Below are positions 1-13,721 of a DNA stretch of 64,000 nucleotides, piece after piece (the first letter of the stretch is position 1; each line of letters opens with the position of its first letter). The stretch comes from Eledone cirrhosa (taxonomy: Eukaryota): NCBI GenBank assembly GCA_964016885.1, contig OZ024744.1, forward strand, positions 70,308,001 to 70,372,000. The letters are read 5' to 3'. The notes under the pieces were generated by a model. That model saw only the letters and a program-made list of their open reading frames with translations. It was not told where the DNA came from and made no database searches. The position numbers and the translations under genes were made by a program.

Positions 1-71
1 AATACATACATACATGCACACACACACACACACATACACACACGCACACACACACATATATATATAGTAAT

Positions 72-256
72 AATTGTTTCTACTTTAGGCACAAGGCCAG
101 CTATTACCCAGTACATTACTGGTACTTTATTTTATCGACCCCGTAAGGATGAAAGGCAAAGTCAACCTCGGCGGGATTTGAACTCAGATCGTAAAGGGAC
201 ATAACTATGCTGGAAAGCATGGCGTCCGACCCTCTACCGATACTGCCAATCCACCC
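72..256 (-). mobile_element. tRNA-derived SINE (family S1), near full length
   Basis: Minus strand shows an A-box-like TGGCAGTATCGG, B-box GAGTTCAAATCC, core GGTCGATAAAATAAAGTACCAG and tail GGCCTTGTGCCTAAAGTAGAAACAATTA; many copies in window. Confidence 0.85.
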
Positions 257-342
257 AAAACCCAAAGAGGGGTCGATATTCATATATATATATATAATAT
301 ATATAAAAGAAATATATATATAAAAGAAATATATATATAGAG

Positions 343-835
343 AGAAATATTAAAACAATGAAATTAAACAAAAAACGGTTAATTCATAGTAAAACTCATT
401 ATTTTACGATCGTTTCCGTACCTCCATTCTATTATTAATCTATGTAAAACATATTACAAAATATCAGAGTAAGAAAAAGATATATACGTCTTCACTACCC
501 GCCGTCTTCAGAAATAATGGGTAGTGAAGACGTATGTATCTTTTCTTACTATGATATTTTGTAATATATTTTACATAGACCAATAATAGAATGGACATAC
601 GGGGAACTACCCCCCAGAAACGATCGTAAAATAATTAGTTTTACTATGAATTAACTGTTTTGTGTTTAATTTCATTATTTTAATATTTCTATTTTTTACT
701 CTGTATCCAATGAATTATATCGTTGAAAAATGTTGTATTTTAAACTTTGCTTCACGACATCTTCTACATACGGATTACATTGAGTTCTTCATACGGTTTA
801 GACCCTACTATTGATTGGTAGATTTATCTGTGTTG

Positions 836-839
<4 letters not shown>
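343..839. mobile_element. Fold-back non-autonomous Penelope-like remnant (IR 343-690) between (TA)n tracts
   Basis: 343-500 is the imperfect reverse complement of 519-690; the right arm continues to (TA)n at 840; contains hammerhead motifs. Confidence 0.7.
398..518 (-). ncRNA. Hammerhead ribozyme (type I, long stem II)
   Basis: ATTATTT-CTGAAGA-[~95 nt]-GAAA-CGATCG-TA-AAATAAT: 7-bp stem I, palindromic stem III, GUA site; the right-arm copy retains the stem II pairing GGGTAGT/ACTACCC. Confidence 0.7.
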
Positions 840-890
<51 letters not shown>

Positions 891-953
891 ACAGAGCAAA
901 TATTTATTATAAGAACAGATTAAAGTTTAAGCAAAGAATCGGTGCTTTCACCC

Positions 954-1049
<96 letters not shown>

Positions 1050-1141
1050 AGGGAGAAATAGACGATTATTAGGAAGAAAAATATATTCTTTTTCTTTTAT
1101 CTTTTTCTGTTTTTTGGGGGTTAGAAAATGTTTAAAACAAA

Positions 1142-1189
<48 letters not shown>

Positions 1190-1302
1190 AATATCAGTTT
1201 TGCAAGAGATGTCAACATGAATGGACCTGTTATTTTTATCTAAAGACTTTTTTTCCAATTCCAACCCGCTCGTCCCCTCAATCTATTTTATTCCTCATTC
1301 TT

Positions 1303-1338
1303 TCTTCTGATGAAGGACTAGCATTCGAAACGTTAAGA
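1303..1338 (+). ncRNA. Minimal hammerhead ribozyme, family H1
   Basis: TCTT-CTGATGA-AGGACTAGCATTC-GAAA-CGTT-AAGA; related copies at 1553, 15514, 39234 and 23890(-). Confidence 0.65.
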
Positions 1339-1408
1339 CCCTCTTCTTGCTATATCAAGCGTTAACCATATACTGTAACGATTGTGTTGTTATTGCGGTT
1401 TACCTTTT

Positions 1409-1510
<102 letters not shown>

Positions 1511-1552
1511 AGTATATGTATACCCACTTCTTTCATCTCATATTTCCCATTG

Positions 1553-1592
1553 TATCTTCTGATGAAGGACTAGTATCGGAAACGTAAATACT
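1553..1592 (+). ncRNA. Minimal hammerhead ribozyme, family H1
   Basis: TCTT-CTGATGA-AGGACTAGTATCG-GAAA-CGTA-AATA; same downstream flank (TATATCAAGC) as the 1303 copy. Confidence 0.55.
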
Positions 1593-1674
1593 CTTTTCAC
1601 ATTATATCAAGCATTAAGCTAATGGATTTCTTCATTGTACTGTGTCCTTGCTTTTTTGTTTCCGTTTACTTTTT

Positions 1675-1730
<56 letters not shown>

Positions 1731-1780
1731 AGTATATACAAGACATATTCGGTTGATCAAAGTATGTTTGAGTAGATTAC

Positions 1781-1823
1781 GCTAGGCTGATGAGGTCCAA
1801 AGAGTCTGAAACATATTAGTAGC
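1781..1823 (+). ncRNA. Degenerate hammerhead motif
   Basis: GCTA..CTGATGA-GGTCCAAAGAGTCT-GAAA-CATATTA..TAGC; stems imperfect. Confidence 0.35.
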
Positions 1824-2071
1824 TCTCTCCCCTTCAACTGCAAACAAAATCTGCTTTACTTTTCTTCCTCTAAATCCCGAAAATTTCTCTCCCCCCCTCT
1901 CTATACATATATATCTTTCTCTCTCTCTGTCTCTTCTGTTACATCATCTCCTCTCCTTCTCAAATTATCTCTTACCTTTTCTCTTCTCCCCCCACACTAC
2001 CATCACACCCCCACCCCCACACACACACATATATATATATTGTAATTACATAATAAACAACACAATATAAT

Positions 2072-2145
2072 TATTCCATTACCAAAGGTTTCAAGAAACT
2101 AGACGATTTTTACAGAACCATCCAGCCCGTTCATCAGATAAAATA
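2072..2145 (-). ncRNA. Hammerhead ribozyme (type I)
   Basis: TATTTTAT-CTGATGA-ACGGGCTGGATGG...TCGTCTAGTTTCTT-GAAA-CC-TTT-GG-TA-ATGGAATA; 8-bp stem I with G.U pairs, G.U-rich stem II, GUA site. Confidence 0.75.
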
Positions 2146-3115
2146 CCTTTTCTATGGAAATACTTAAGATACAGACACACTCACACACACACACATATAT
2201 ATATACGAGAGTGTTGTAGTTTGCTTGAAACATGGTGGAATATGAAATTTGGTTATATTTTAGAAGCAGCTACAATTGCATGTGGGTTACTAAATATTAA
2301 GGCAACAAAATCGAGTGAAGAAAGGTGAGGAAAGGTGAGGAAAGGTAAGGTGAGGCTGAGTGAAAAAGAGGAGGAAAACATAGGACGGGAAAGGGGAAAG
2401 AATCAAAGACAATGATACCTTGGAAATATTTATTAGTTTCCTATATTTCGGATGCAAATTCAAAATGAAAAACAAACACACAGACCAATAACAAAAATAG
2501 AAAGAAAAAACAAAAACAAAGAAAAAAAGGAAAAACTGGGGATTCGTGGATGAGGAAGAAAACGAGAAAGAAAATGAAGGGGGAAAAATAAGGAAACGAA
2601 AAAGTATCAGGCCGTAGAATCCTGATGCGATGCAATAGCAAGTTTAAAAATTCAGTAATTAATAGGTTACCTGTAGGTAATCCAAAGGGTGGCCAGTCAA
2701 AGTACTAAAATGCTAAGTAAAATATATGCATACTCTTATACTATTTTGCCATTTTAGCCTGCAGTCATGCTGAGGCGCACTGCACACGTACACAACATAC
2801 TCTCACATATATATAATATATCCTATATGTGTATGTATATATATAATATTCAGAAAAGGAAGATAAACCGTATCATAAATTCAACATTGCTTTATTCCAT
2901 CACATCATCCTGTTATGTACATTTCGTAGGTACAAAAAGTTCGTTATTCAACGATTATTCCATATGTTTGGAATATAAATAAAAATGAAGTTTTCTTTTC
3001 TTGATATGTTGTCGTGGATGATATGTTCACATCTCAGTTAACTACAACATTGTTGATCGATTCAGGGATCAGCCAACATAATCTCATTCAGAGAAGCAAA
3101 TACATGTAGAGCATA

Positions 3116-3560
3116 TTATACAAATCACTGAGCGGTAGATCACAGTAAAGTACATTTCACAAGCATCTTTCCCTGGGGATGTATTCTTAGTCAAGCAAGC
3201 CAAAACAAGAGGCTTTCCTAAGTTTCCTTACTGCAGTTTCAAAACCCAAAGAATAACGGAGGCCATTCCAATAGATTGATATGGCTTCCGTTAACAGAAG
3301 GGTTTTATAATCAGAGGATTATCTGTATTGTATAAGAAAAACTAATAAATATCCGTTAAGAGAATCGTGTCCGTTTTTCATCGAACCCATATGGTGCAAG
3401 AATTAATATTGGAATGGTCTCCGTTATTCTTTGGGAATTCTTTGGGAAGAATACTTAGGAAAGTCTCTTGTTTTAGGTTGCTTGACTAAGAATATATCGC
3501 CAGGGAAAGATATTTGTGAAATGTACTTTACTGTGATCTACCCCTCAGGGATTTGTATAA
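3116..3560. repeat. Imperfect inverted repeat (~155-bp arms, ~135-bp spacer) abutting (TA)n
   Basis: 3116-3272 is the reverse complement of 3407-3560 (e.g. GTAGATCACAGTAAAGTACATTTCACAA / TTGTGAAATGTACTTTACTGTGATCTAC). Confidence 0.85.
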
Positions 3561-3943
3561 GATGATATATATACATATATATATATGTGTGTGTATATAT
3601 GTATATGACATATATATATGTGTGTGTATATATGTATATGACATATATATATGTGTGTGTATATATATGACCAGGATTTTTCATTCTGATGATTGAAAGC
3701 AACATTTTTTGCTTTTAAGAAACCACTGGTAAATGGAATAATTGCCTTATGTTGTTTATTACATAACTATTAAGCTCTGTTACCTACATAGAGCACTCTT
3801 TTTTGCTGGACTTTTCCGACGGAATTACTTCATTTATATATATATATATATATATATATCCCACCACCACCCAACTCTCAAAAGCGTGAACCTAATAAAC
3901 TCTTATTTGTTCTGCCTCTCTGTTTTTGTTCACATCTAAGTTT

Positions 3944-4102
<159 letters not shown>

Positions 4103-4116
4103 GGGGGGGGAGATGA

Positions 4117-4258
4117 GTTATTCCGGGTTGAATCGGAGGTAACCACAGTAAGCAAGGGACTCAATACATAGCAGGGTATAAAAGTTTTAATATAAAAGAG
4201 CTTCTACAGGACTTGATGATTTCTCACGAATTAAACAGTTCTAGTCCTGTAGAAGCTC

Positions 4259-4265
<7 letters not shown>
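4117..4265. mobile_element. Family H2 PLE-like remnant, inverted plus sense copy
   Basis: AGAGCTTCTACAGGACT...AGTCCTGTAGAAGCTCT; other copies at 5341, 11767, 12008, 40487, 41140, 51130. Confidence 0.65.
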
Positions 4266-4308
<43 letters not shown>

Positions 4309-4818
4309 TAAAACTAGATCAAAAGAAAGTGATTCCAATCATATCATACCATAAACAACTCAATATTTATACAGGCTAAAAACTATATTTTTACAGAGTT
4401 TCATATCTATAAATTATAATTAGGTATAATAATATATAGTATATTAAGAACTTAGTATAGTAACAACAGAAAATATTTAAGGAAATATATACTTTTACTT
4501 ACACGGTGCCTAGACCACGGTTTCATTGTGATCAAGAAAAATACCAATTAACATAAATAAAATGGTTAATTAGTAAATTAAGACAGTCATAACTCATCGG
4601 TAATCAACTCTTAAAACATACAAAAATATTCAAATTAATTATCTTGTGTTGGTCTACAACATCGAGACAACTAACCTCTCAACCTCCATAAAACATGCAA
4701 TACTATAAAAAAAAACAAAAAAACGTGGTTTAACATTAAAAAAAATCAGTACGACGTTAAAAAGCTAGAGGTCAAGAGGGAAGTTAGAAATAGCTCGCAA
4801 GATCCTCAAAATGAACAA

Positions 4819-5126
4819 TTCTTCTTCTTCTTCTTCTTCTTCTTCTTCTTCTTCTTCTTCTTCTGCTTCTTCTTCTTCTTCTTCTTCTTCTTCTTCTTGA
4901 GAAGGTCGTGGAGCAGAGTCCCCAAACACTGTTTCCAGAGGGTCCTGTCAGAAGCAACTGTTTCCAACTTGATCCAGCTAGATCCCCAAGCGAGACCAGC
5001 CAAGCTCATGGCTGTTATCCAACCATCTTGCTTGGGGTCTACCTCTAAGTCTCCTGTCAGTTGGTAAAATCTGTCCAGTGATTCTTTCCTGAGACATGTT
5101 AACCACATCCCATAGTGTCGGAGCTG
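4819..5126 (-). mobile_element. RTE-clade LINE 3' fragment with (AAG)n tail
   Basis: Homologous to 22265-22625; minus strand ends in a (GAA)n tail at 4819-4898. Confidence 0.65.
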
Positions 5127-5394
5127 TTAACGGTTCTACTTAGATTAATTTAATTAAATAATTAAAGGGAGGTGCAACATCATAAAAATAGATAAAAATA
5201 TAATTATTCCAATCATATTATACCATAAACAGTTCAATGCTTATATATATATATATAATATATTTTATATATATATATATTATATATATAAATATATGTG
5301 ATGTGTGTGTGTATATGTGTATGTGTGTGTGTGTGTTTATCCCGGGTTCAATCGGGGGTAACCACAGTAAGTAAGGTACTCAATACATAGCTTC

Positions 5395-5426
5395 CTGATG
5401 ATTTCTCCCGAATGAAACAGTTCTAG
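5395..5426 (+). ncRNA. Minimal hammerhead-like motif of family H2
   Basis: CTGATGA-TTTCTCCCGAAT-GAAAC-AGTTCTAG; 3-bp stem II, stem I 5' arm lost at the inversion. Confidence 0.45.
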
Positions 5427-5465
5427 TCGTGTAGAAGCCATTTCTATATTACATTATATATATAT

Positions 5466-5887
<422 letters not shown>

Positions 5888-6078
5888 CTGATAAAAGAGT
5901 AAGAGCTCAAACATCGGGGTCCCAACTCTTTATAATATAACAATACTCTACCACCCAAAGTATCGAGTACTCTGTTGAGTAATGGTTTAACTAGTTTCAA
6001 ACTGGATCCATTCTGATTTATATACGTTTACTATTAGGATACCATATATTCATATACTGTTTATTCTTATACACATCA

Positions 6079-6185
<107 letters not shown>

Positions 6186-7377
6186 ATGTGTGCGTGCGCG
6201 CGTGTGTGTGTGTACCTACTCTGCTTGTGTGTATAGCTGCTTTTACGAAGAGTGAAGTACTGAGACCATCATGGTGTCAGATCATTATGCTTCACACCAT
6301 TTATTCCGACTCACTATCAAATACAGGTTTCACCCCAGCTGAAATCCGTATCGGACTCCACCCTTGGAAGTCAGAGGTTAGCGGCTGTATTGTTGTAGCG
6401 TCACACATTATACCCCGCGTTATCTCTTACGAAAGTTCCGCCCGTTGTCCTCCTGGACCTAGACCTGCCAACCTCAAAAACCCCAAACGGGGAATACCAT
6501 AAAAAAAACAGTGACCCCTAAACGGGGAGAAATTAGGCAAAATAGGGAGATTTTACATAATGAAACCTATACCCATTTTCAACAAGTGAAGACATCACTC
6601 ACCCACCCCAAAATGGGTGAGAGATCTCCCCGCCGGACGGTGAGAATTGACAGGTCTGTGGACCATACTGATGACATGGCAAGTGATAACTTGTATAAAT
6701 GTGTCATTGTCATCCTCCCTCTGTACCACACGAAGAGTACATCTACTTGTGGATGGGTATCTATATATGTTTACAAGTATATTGTGTTGAACAAGCTTAC
6801 ATGTGTACGTGAGCATATACGCACAAACATACACACGCATACGTATACACCTACACACAACTAGTCTGTTAGTCCCATCCCACAGCTTTCTACTCTCTAC
6901 GTTGATCATCTAGAATGTGAGCCCACACATGCTTTACGCATACACGATACTACATATAAAATAACTCAACATTTAAAATCACAGTTGAACAAACACCAGG
7001 ACCTTCATACTCTGACAGTTTTGTACAGACAAACACATGCACGCATATATTTTTCTCCCTTCTTTGATGCTTATCTCCTCTTCGATAACTCTTCAACATT
7101 TTTCAAGATGGCCAACAGCAGTATATGTCTTCTCTCCTGTCTATCTTTTTCTCTGTTTTTTTTTTGTTTTTTTTTTTTACTTTTTATTTTAAACTTTTTT
7201 TTTTTAACTCCTCTCATGTTTTTCTCTGTCAGAAACATCCATTTTTCTCTCTTTTTTTCACATTCCGAAGAAGGACCACCGCTTGAAACGTGTACGCTAT
7301 CTCTCAACTCTACTAAGCCCAAAACTAATGCGCTACCATTGCATTGGATAATTCTCCTGTAGATATATGTGTATGTG

Positions 7378-7518
<141 letters not shown>

Positions 7519-7815
7519 CGGCGATGAATTTGTTTTCCGAGGTTTTTGATATGAAATCGTGTGTCGAAATAAATATTGTTATACTTGGGGAGAAATATAA
7601 ATAAGTAAATAAATATATATATACACAAGCACAATAACAACAAACACATATAAACACACAGTAGTAAACTAAGATAGAATACAATAACCAAAACACAGTC
7701 ACCCAAACGCGAACACATACCAAACGCATGCGCAGAGAAGAAGACAAAAATAAATAAATAAACAGATAAAATAAAAATGGCGTAGGTATACACTACAACA
7801 GGAGGAACATAATAG

Positions 7816-7858
7816 TACCACTGATGATGTTGCAGATGTGCAACGAAAGAACTTTGTA
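7816..7858 (+). ncRNA. Hammerhead ribozyme motif
   Basis: TACCA-CTGATGA-T-GTTGCA-GATG-TGCAAC-GAAA-GAACTT-TGTA; perfect 6-bp stem II. Confidence 0.6.
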
Positions 7859-7918
7859 AGACTATATATATGTGTTTATATGTATATTATATCTGTATTT
7901 TTGACCGTTGGTCAGTCA

Positions 7919-8187
7919 ATGGTAAACATCGAGGACCGAATAAATTAACTGTGGAGATATAAAAGATACAGAAGCGAAAACCAACCAAACAGTGAGTGTG
8001 TTCTGTTATTAATTCTGGCAATATTATAACAACAATATGACCCTCCACATATTGTAATAATATGGAGGGTCATATTGTTGTTATAATATTGCCAGAATTA
8101 ATAACAGAACACACTCACTGTTTGGTTGGTTTTCACTTCTGTATCTTTTATATCTCCACAGTTAATTTATTCGGTCCTCGATGTTTA

Positions 8188-8191
<4 letters not shown>
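7919..8191. repeat. Near-perfect fold-back (~129-bp arms, 15-bp spacer) ending in (TA)n
   Basis: 7919-8047 vs 8063-8191 with about 2 mismatches; single-arm copy at 16673-16742. Confidence 0.9.
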
Positions 8192-8244
<53 letters not shown>

Positions 8245-8384
8245 ATGCGTTATGTCCTTGAGCAAGACACTTTATTTCACGTTGCTTCTTCTACCTGGAG
8301 TTGCGACCGATAGAGAGTATTAGCAATTGGAAAGACCAACGGAAACACTGTTTCCTCGGTCCGATTTGACCAAAGTCGATCGAC

Positions 8385-8422
<38 letters not shown>

Positions 8423-8515
8423 AAAAAGTATGACCCCGACGGCAGAGCTCAAGCCGTTTCGACAGCTATTTCTGGACGTAGTAGAGTGGGAAATAGGAAA
8501 AAATATTTTTATATT

Positions 8516-8593
<78 letters not shown>

Positions 8594-8669
8594 TGAGTGT
8601 GTGTGTATGTGTGCGTGTTTGTGTGTGTCTATGGCTCTGTCTGTCTGTGTGTATTATTTTTGAATGCAG

Positions 8670-8706
<37 letters not shown>

Positions 8707-8743
8707 AAGGATGTCCATAGAATCAATTGATAAGATATATACA

Positions 8744-8798
<55 letters not shown>

Positions 8799-8871
8799 CA
8801 TATGTTATATATATGGCAATAGTAATAATATTAATAATGATAATAATAACAACAACAACAACAACAACAAT

Positions 8872-8929
<58 letters not shown>

Positions 8930-9384
8930 GCAACACAGTAATAATAACAGTAAAAATGAAAAAAAAATAATTATATTTTTATATATGTAAAAGAATTTCA
9001 ATGTGGTGTCGTGTTAATGTGTACAAGTGCCATGAATTATTTAATTACGGAAGTCAATTAAGTGCCGTAATTACACGCTGATGCGTGACATTACAAATTC
9101 TTACGTATATTACATCGTTACAGCCGAAAGCTGATGTTGATGTTTTTGAAATGTTCTTTTTATTTATGTGTTTGTTTGTTTGTTTGCTTCTTTGTTTGTT
9201 TGTTTGTTTTTAAAAGATGATTGTACACTAAATACTGAAATAATATATATTTATACATACATTTCAACACATAAGTGGATGTATGTATATATATATATAT
9301 AAGTTAAAACAAAAAACAAAAACAATAACGAAGAGTGCAGTACAAAGTGTTAGTAATAGGTTCACGCTTGAGAGTAGTGGGTGG

Positions 9385-9422
9385 GGAACAACGTTTCGGC
9401 CATAAGCCCTTCATCAGGAGAA
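9385..9422 (-). ncRNA. Minimal Penelope-type hammerhead motif
   Basis: CTGATGA-AGGGCTTATGGCC-GAAA-CGTTG; stem I decayed. Confidence 0.55.
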
Positions 9423-9561
9423 AAGAGGGAAGGAAAAGAGTTCCGAGGGTGTGGGGGGAGTGGTGGAAAGACATTAAAAGAGGGGGGATTTATGGAAGGG
9501 GAAAAAAATTATATATATATATATATTTATATATAGACACACAGACACACAGACACACACA

Positions 9562-9649
<88 letters not shown>

Positions 9650-9651
<2 letters not shown>

Positions 9652-10097
9652 CTGATGAATCCCAACTCAGATGGGCTGGTCATGTCTTACGGCTGTCTGA
9701 GGACCCCACACTTAAGGTACTGTTGTACAGTCAGCTCCAGGGTGGTGTGCATAGTGTGGGCAGGCCACTACTCCGATATAAGGACAAAGTGAAGTATAAT
9801 CTTAAGTCTGTCAACGTACTTCTTTCTTCCTTTGAAGACTGCCAACCGTAAAAGATGGAGAACTGTCTGCCACGAAGGTATAAAGAACTTTGAGAAATAT
9901 GGTTTGGCCCACCTCTGTGAGATAAGATCTGACACCAGAGTCCGGTCAGGTATTTCAGTCTGCCGCTGTTCAAGATCCTGTCACCTCCATTAAATGCAGA
10001 TTGATGTGTAAATCAGCAGCCTGATCGAAGTGCTATTTGAGGCATAAACATAAAACAATGAACTGAAAAAACATTCATACATCGAATCGACGGGAGA

Positions 10098-10148
<51 letters not shown>
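9650..10148 (+). mobile_element. RTE/BovB-like LINE 3' fragment with (ATC)n tail
   Basis: Translates RWAGHVLRLSEDPTLKVLLYSQLQGG..GRPLLRYKDKVK, typical of the RTE ORF C-terminus; ends in (CAT)n. Confidence 0.75.
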
Positions 10149-10278
10149 ATATATATATATATACAAATATATATATATAAAAATATATAAATATATATAT
10201 ATAAAAATATATAAATATATATATATAAAAATATATAAATATATATATATAAAAATATATAAATATATATATATAAAA

Positions 10279-10309
<31 letters not shown>

Positions 10310-10390
10310 ATAACCCAGAAAAAAGAGAGAAAGAAATAAAAAAGGAAAAAAAAATATTTTTCTTCTTAATAATCGTCTCTTTCTCCCTGT

Positions 10391-10454
<64 letters not shown>

Positions 10455-10910
10455 ATATATATATATATTCATTAATTCATGTCCATATGTACATATATGC
10501 CGTTGTACACGCTTTGTACGTCAATGTAATATACGTGTGTATATATATCTCTCTATATATATATCATGTTTAATATAACCTTTGATAGGTTTCGGCCAGT
10601 ATTGGCCCAGGCTATGTCTAACCTAATAGCACCACCTGGCGAAGTCTTTCAAATCAGGATTTGGACACCTTGGCCCACTCAAATAGAGAGTTATTATTTA
10701 TAGAAATTACTTCTACAGAACATTCAAAAGAAATCATCAAAACATAACGTTTACACTCTACTAATGTATTGAGTACATTGTAGTTACCTACGATTGAACC
10801 TGGGACTCATATATATATATATATCTATGTGTGGTCGTATACATGTATATATATATGCATGCATATATATGTATATATATATATATACATACTCACATAT
10901 ATATATACAT

Positions 10911-10971
<61 letters not shown>

Positions 10972-10976
<5 letters not shown>

Positions 10977-11087
10977 GTTTCTATTTTTGGCAAAAGGCCA
11001 GCAATTACCCAGTACATTACTGGTACTTTATTTTATCGACCCCGTAAGGATGAAAGGCAAAGTTAACCTCGGCGGGATTTGAACTCA
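10972..11087 (-). mobile_element. SINE S1, 5'-truncated
   Basis: B-box, core and tail on the minus strand. Confidence 0.8.
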
Positions 11088-11144
11088 TATATATAACACA
11101 TATATATAATACATAACTGTGTACAGTTTCCTACAATCATTTTC

Positions 11145-11226
<82 letters not shown>

Positions 11227-11410
11227 CTTTTACATGGCATTTAAAAGAAATCATCAAAAAATATATTGAGTACCTTATAAACTGTGGTTACTCCAGATTA
11301 AATCTGGGACTCACACACACACTTATATATATGTGTGTATATAAATATTTGTGTGTGTGTTTGTGAGTATATATATATATATATACATGTTTATATATAT
11401 ATATATATAC

Positions 11411-11475
<65 letters not shown>

Positions 11476-11876
11476 AACGTACATATATATATTTATGTAC
11501 ACATACATAAAAAATAAACATCTGGCTGCTAATGTATAAATCTAATGGTCAAAATATAAATTCCAGAGTTAATGTGTATGCCATTCATATTAGCTCTATC
11601 TTACGGAAAGGGGGGGGGGGGGCAGCAACACACACCAGCTTTACTTCATCATGAAGATGTGATTACAACAACGTAGAAATATTAATGAAGGATTTAAAAC
11701 TTTGTTTAAAAAGTTCAAAAAAACAAACTAGTTTCAATAGAATAAACATTCAAACACACACATATATGAAACAGTTCTAGTCCTGTAGAAGCTCTTCTAT
11801 ATTAAAACTTTTATACTCTGCTATGTATTGAGTACCTTACTTACTGTGGTTACCTCCGATTCAACCCGGAATAACG

Positions 11877-11907
<31 letters not shown>

Positions 11908-12771
11908 GATCGAACGACTTTTGTCAAATCGGACCGAGGAAACAATGTTTCCGTTGGTCTTTCCAGTTGCTAATACTATCTATCGGTGCAACTCCAGGTA
12001 ACTGAAGGAAACAGTTCTAGTCCTATAGAAGCTCTTCTATATTAAAACTATATATATATATATATATACATACATACATATATATATGTGTGTGTGCGTG
12101 TGTATGTTTGCGTGTGAGTATGTTTGTTTTGTATGCGTATGTGTGTGTGGTGGAGTTTGTTCGAGAGTGAAAACGCGCATGTGTAAACATATAAACATGT
12201 AAACATATAAACATAAGCGCTTGATACATTATAAATCGAACTGTCAAAATCCAAAAGCCATATGTGTGTGTGTGCATGTATGTATGTGAGTGTGTAATTA
12301 TATATGCGTGTGTATGTCTATACATGTGTATATGCTTGTATATGTCCCTCTCAAGCCCTCTTACTCTCTCTCTCTCCCTTTCTCTCTCCCCCTCTTTTTC
12401 TCTATGTCTCTCTATATATATACACACACACACATACACACTCTCTCTCTATATATATATACACACACACACTCTCTCTCTCTCTATCTCTCTCACACAC
12501 ACACACACAAATACACACACACATGCCACTCTTGGATAAAGGTCTTTCTTATCTCTGCGTAACATCCGGCTGTCGTACGTCCGATCTCCAATCTTTCTCC
12601 AATCTATAGAATCCAATTCTCCATATTCTACATTTTCTAACTGTGTTTGCATTCACATTCTCATAGAATCCAGGATGTCAAGTCTTTCCGTCCACCTGTT
12701 CGTGTCATTTGTACTCTGGACGACGTGTCCGGCCTAATTCCAACTCAACAGTTTTATGAACTGCATTTAGA

Positions 12772-12827
<56 letters not shown>

Positions 12828-12832
<5 letters not shown>

Positions 12833-13019
12833 AACAAGTAAGACCCCGACGGCTGAGCTCAAGCGGTTTCGACGGCTAATTCTGTCCAGAATTAGCCGTC
12901 GAAACTGCTTGAGCTCAGCCGTCGGGGTCTTACTTGTTCCTATTACCCACTCTACTACCCTAAGTATTGAGTACTTTGGTGCGTTATGGTCCACCTGGTT
13001 CCTTACCACATTTCCTTCG

Positions 13020-13021
<2 letters not shown>
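12828..13021. mobile_element. Family H3 palindromic half-hammerhead element in (TA)n
   Basis: Palindrome 12828-12943 centred at TTCTGTCCAGAA plus a unique tail; copies at 8420, 16965, 17120, 40082, 46130, 50096. Confidence 0.75.
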
Positions 13022-13073
<52 letters not shown>

Positions 13074-13248
13074 CATTTTTGCCCAATATAGGTCTGTTAT
13101 TTGTCTTAATTTTTCTTAATTTAATATTTAAAGTTAAGGATAACAAACTATATTGCTGTAGTTAGTATTTTTTCACCCTAGCAAACTTTGGTCCTTACGA
13201 TTCGAACACATGTATGTTTATATTAGTGTTCATCTCCCTTGTTTATTC

Positions 13249-13324
<76 letters not shown>

Positions 13325-13615
13325 ATAATAATAAATTTGAAGACTAAAATCCAAAGAGGGTTCGATAAGGATAAATATATATCAAATATATAAGAACCGT
13401 CAAATATATAAGCAGCGATTCTTTGCTTAAACTTTAATCTGTTATTTTAATATATATATATATATAATATAAGATCAAAAGATGGTTAAAAGAGTTCCAA
13501 GTATTTTATACCATCTTTTGATCTTATATTATTTATACTCCAGTCCTACCAACTGTAGAGTGCTACTCATCCGATATTTGCATTGCTTTATTGTGCTACA
13601 ATGAAACTCATCTCC

Positions 13616-13667
<52 letters not shown>

Positions 13668-13721
13668 CAGAGAGAGAGAGAGTGGCATATATACATGTAC
13701 ATAAATATATATACATATATA

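Noticed and set aside
3686-3705. CTGATGA-TT-GAAA
   Set aside because: No stem II and no pairable stems I/III
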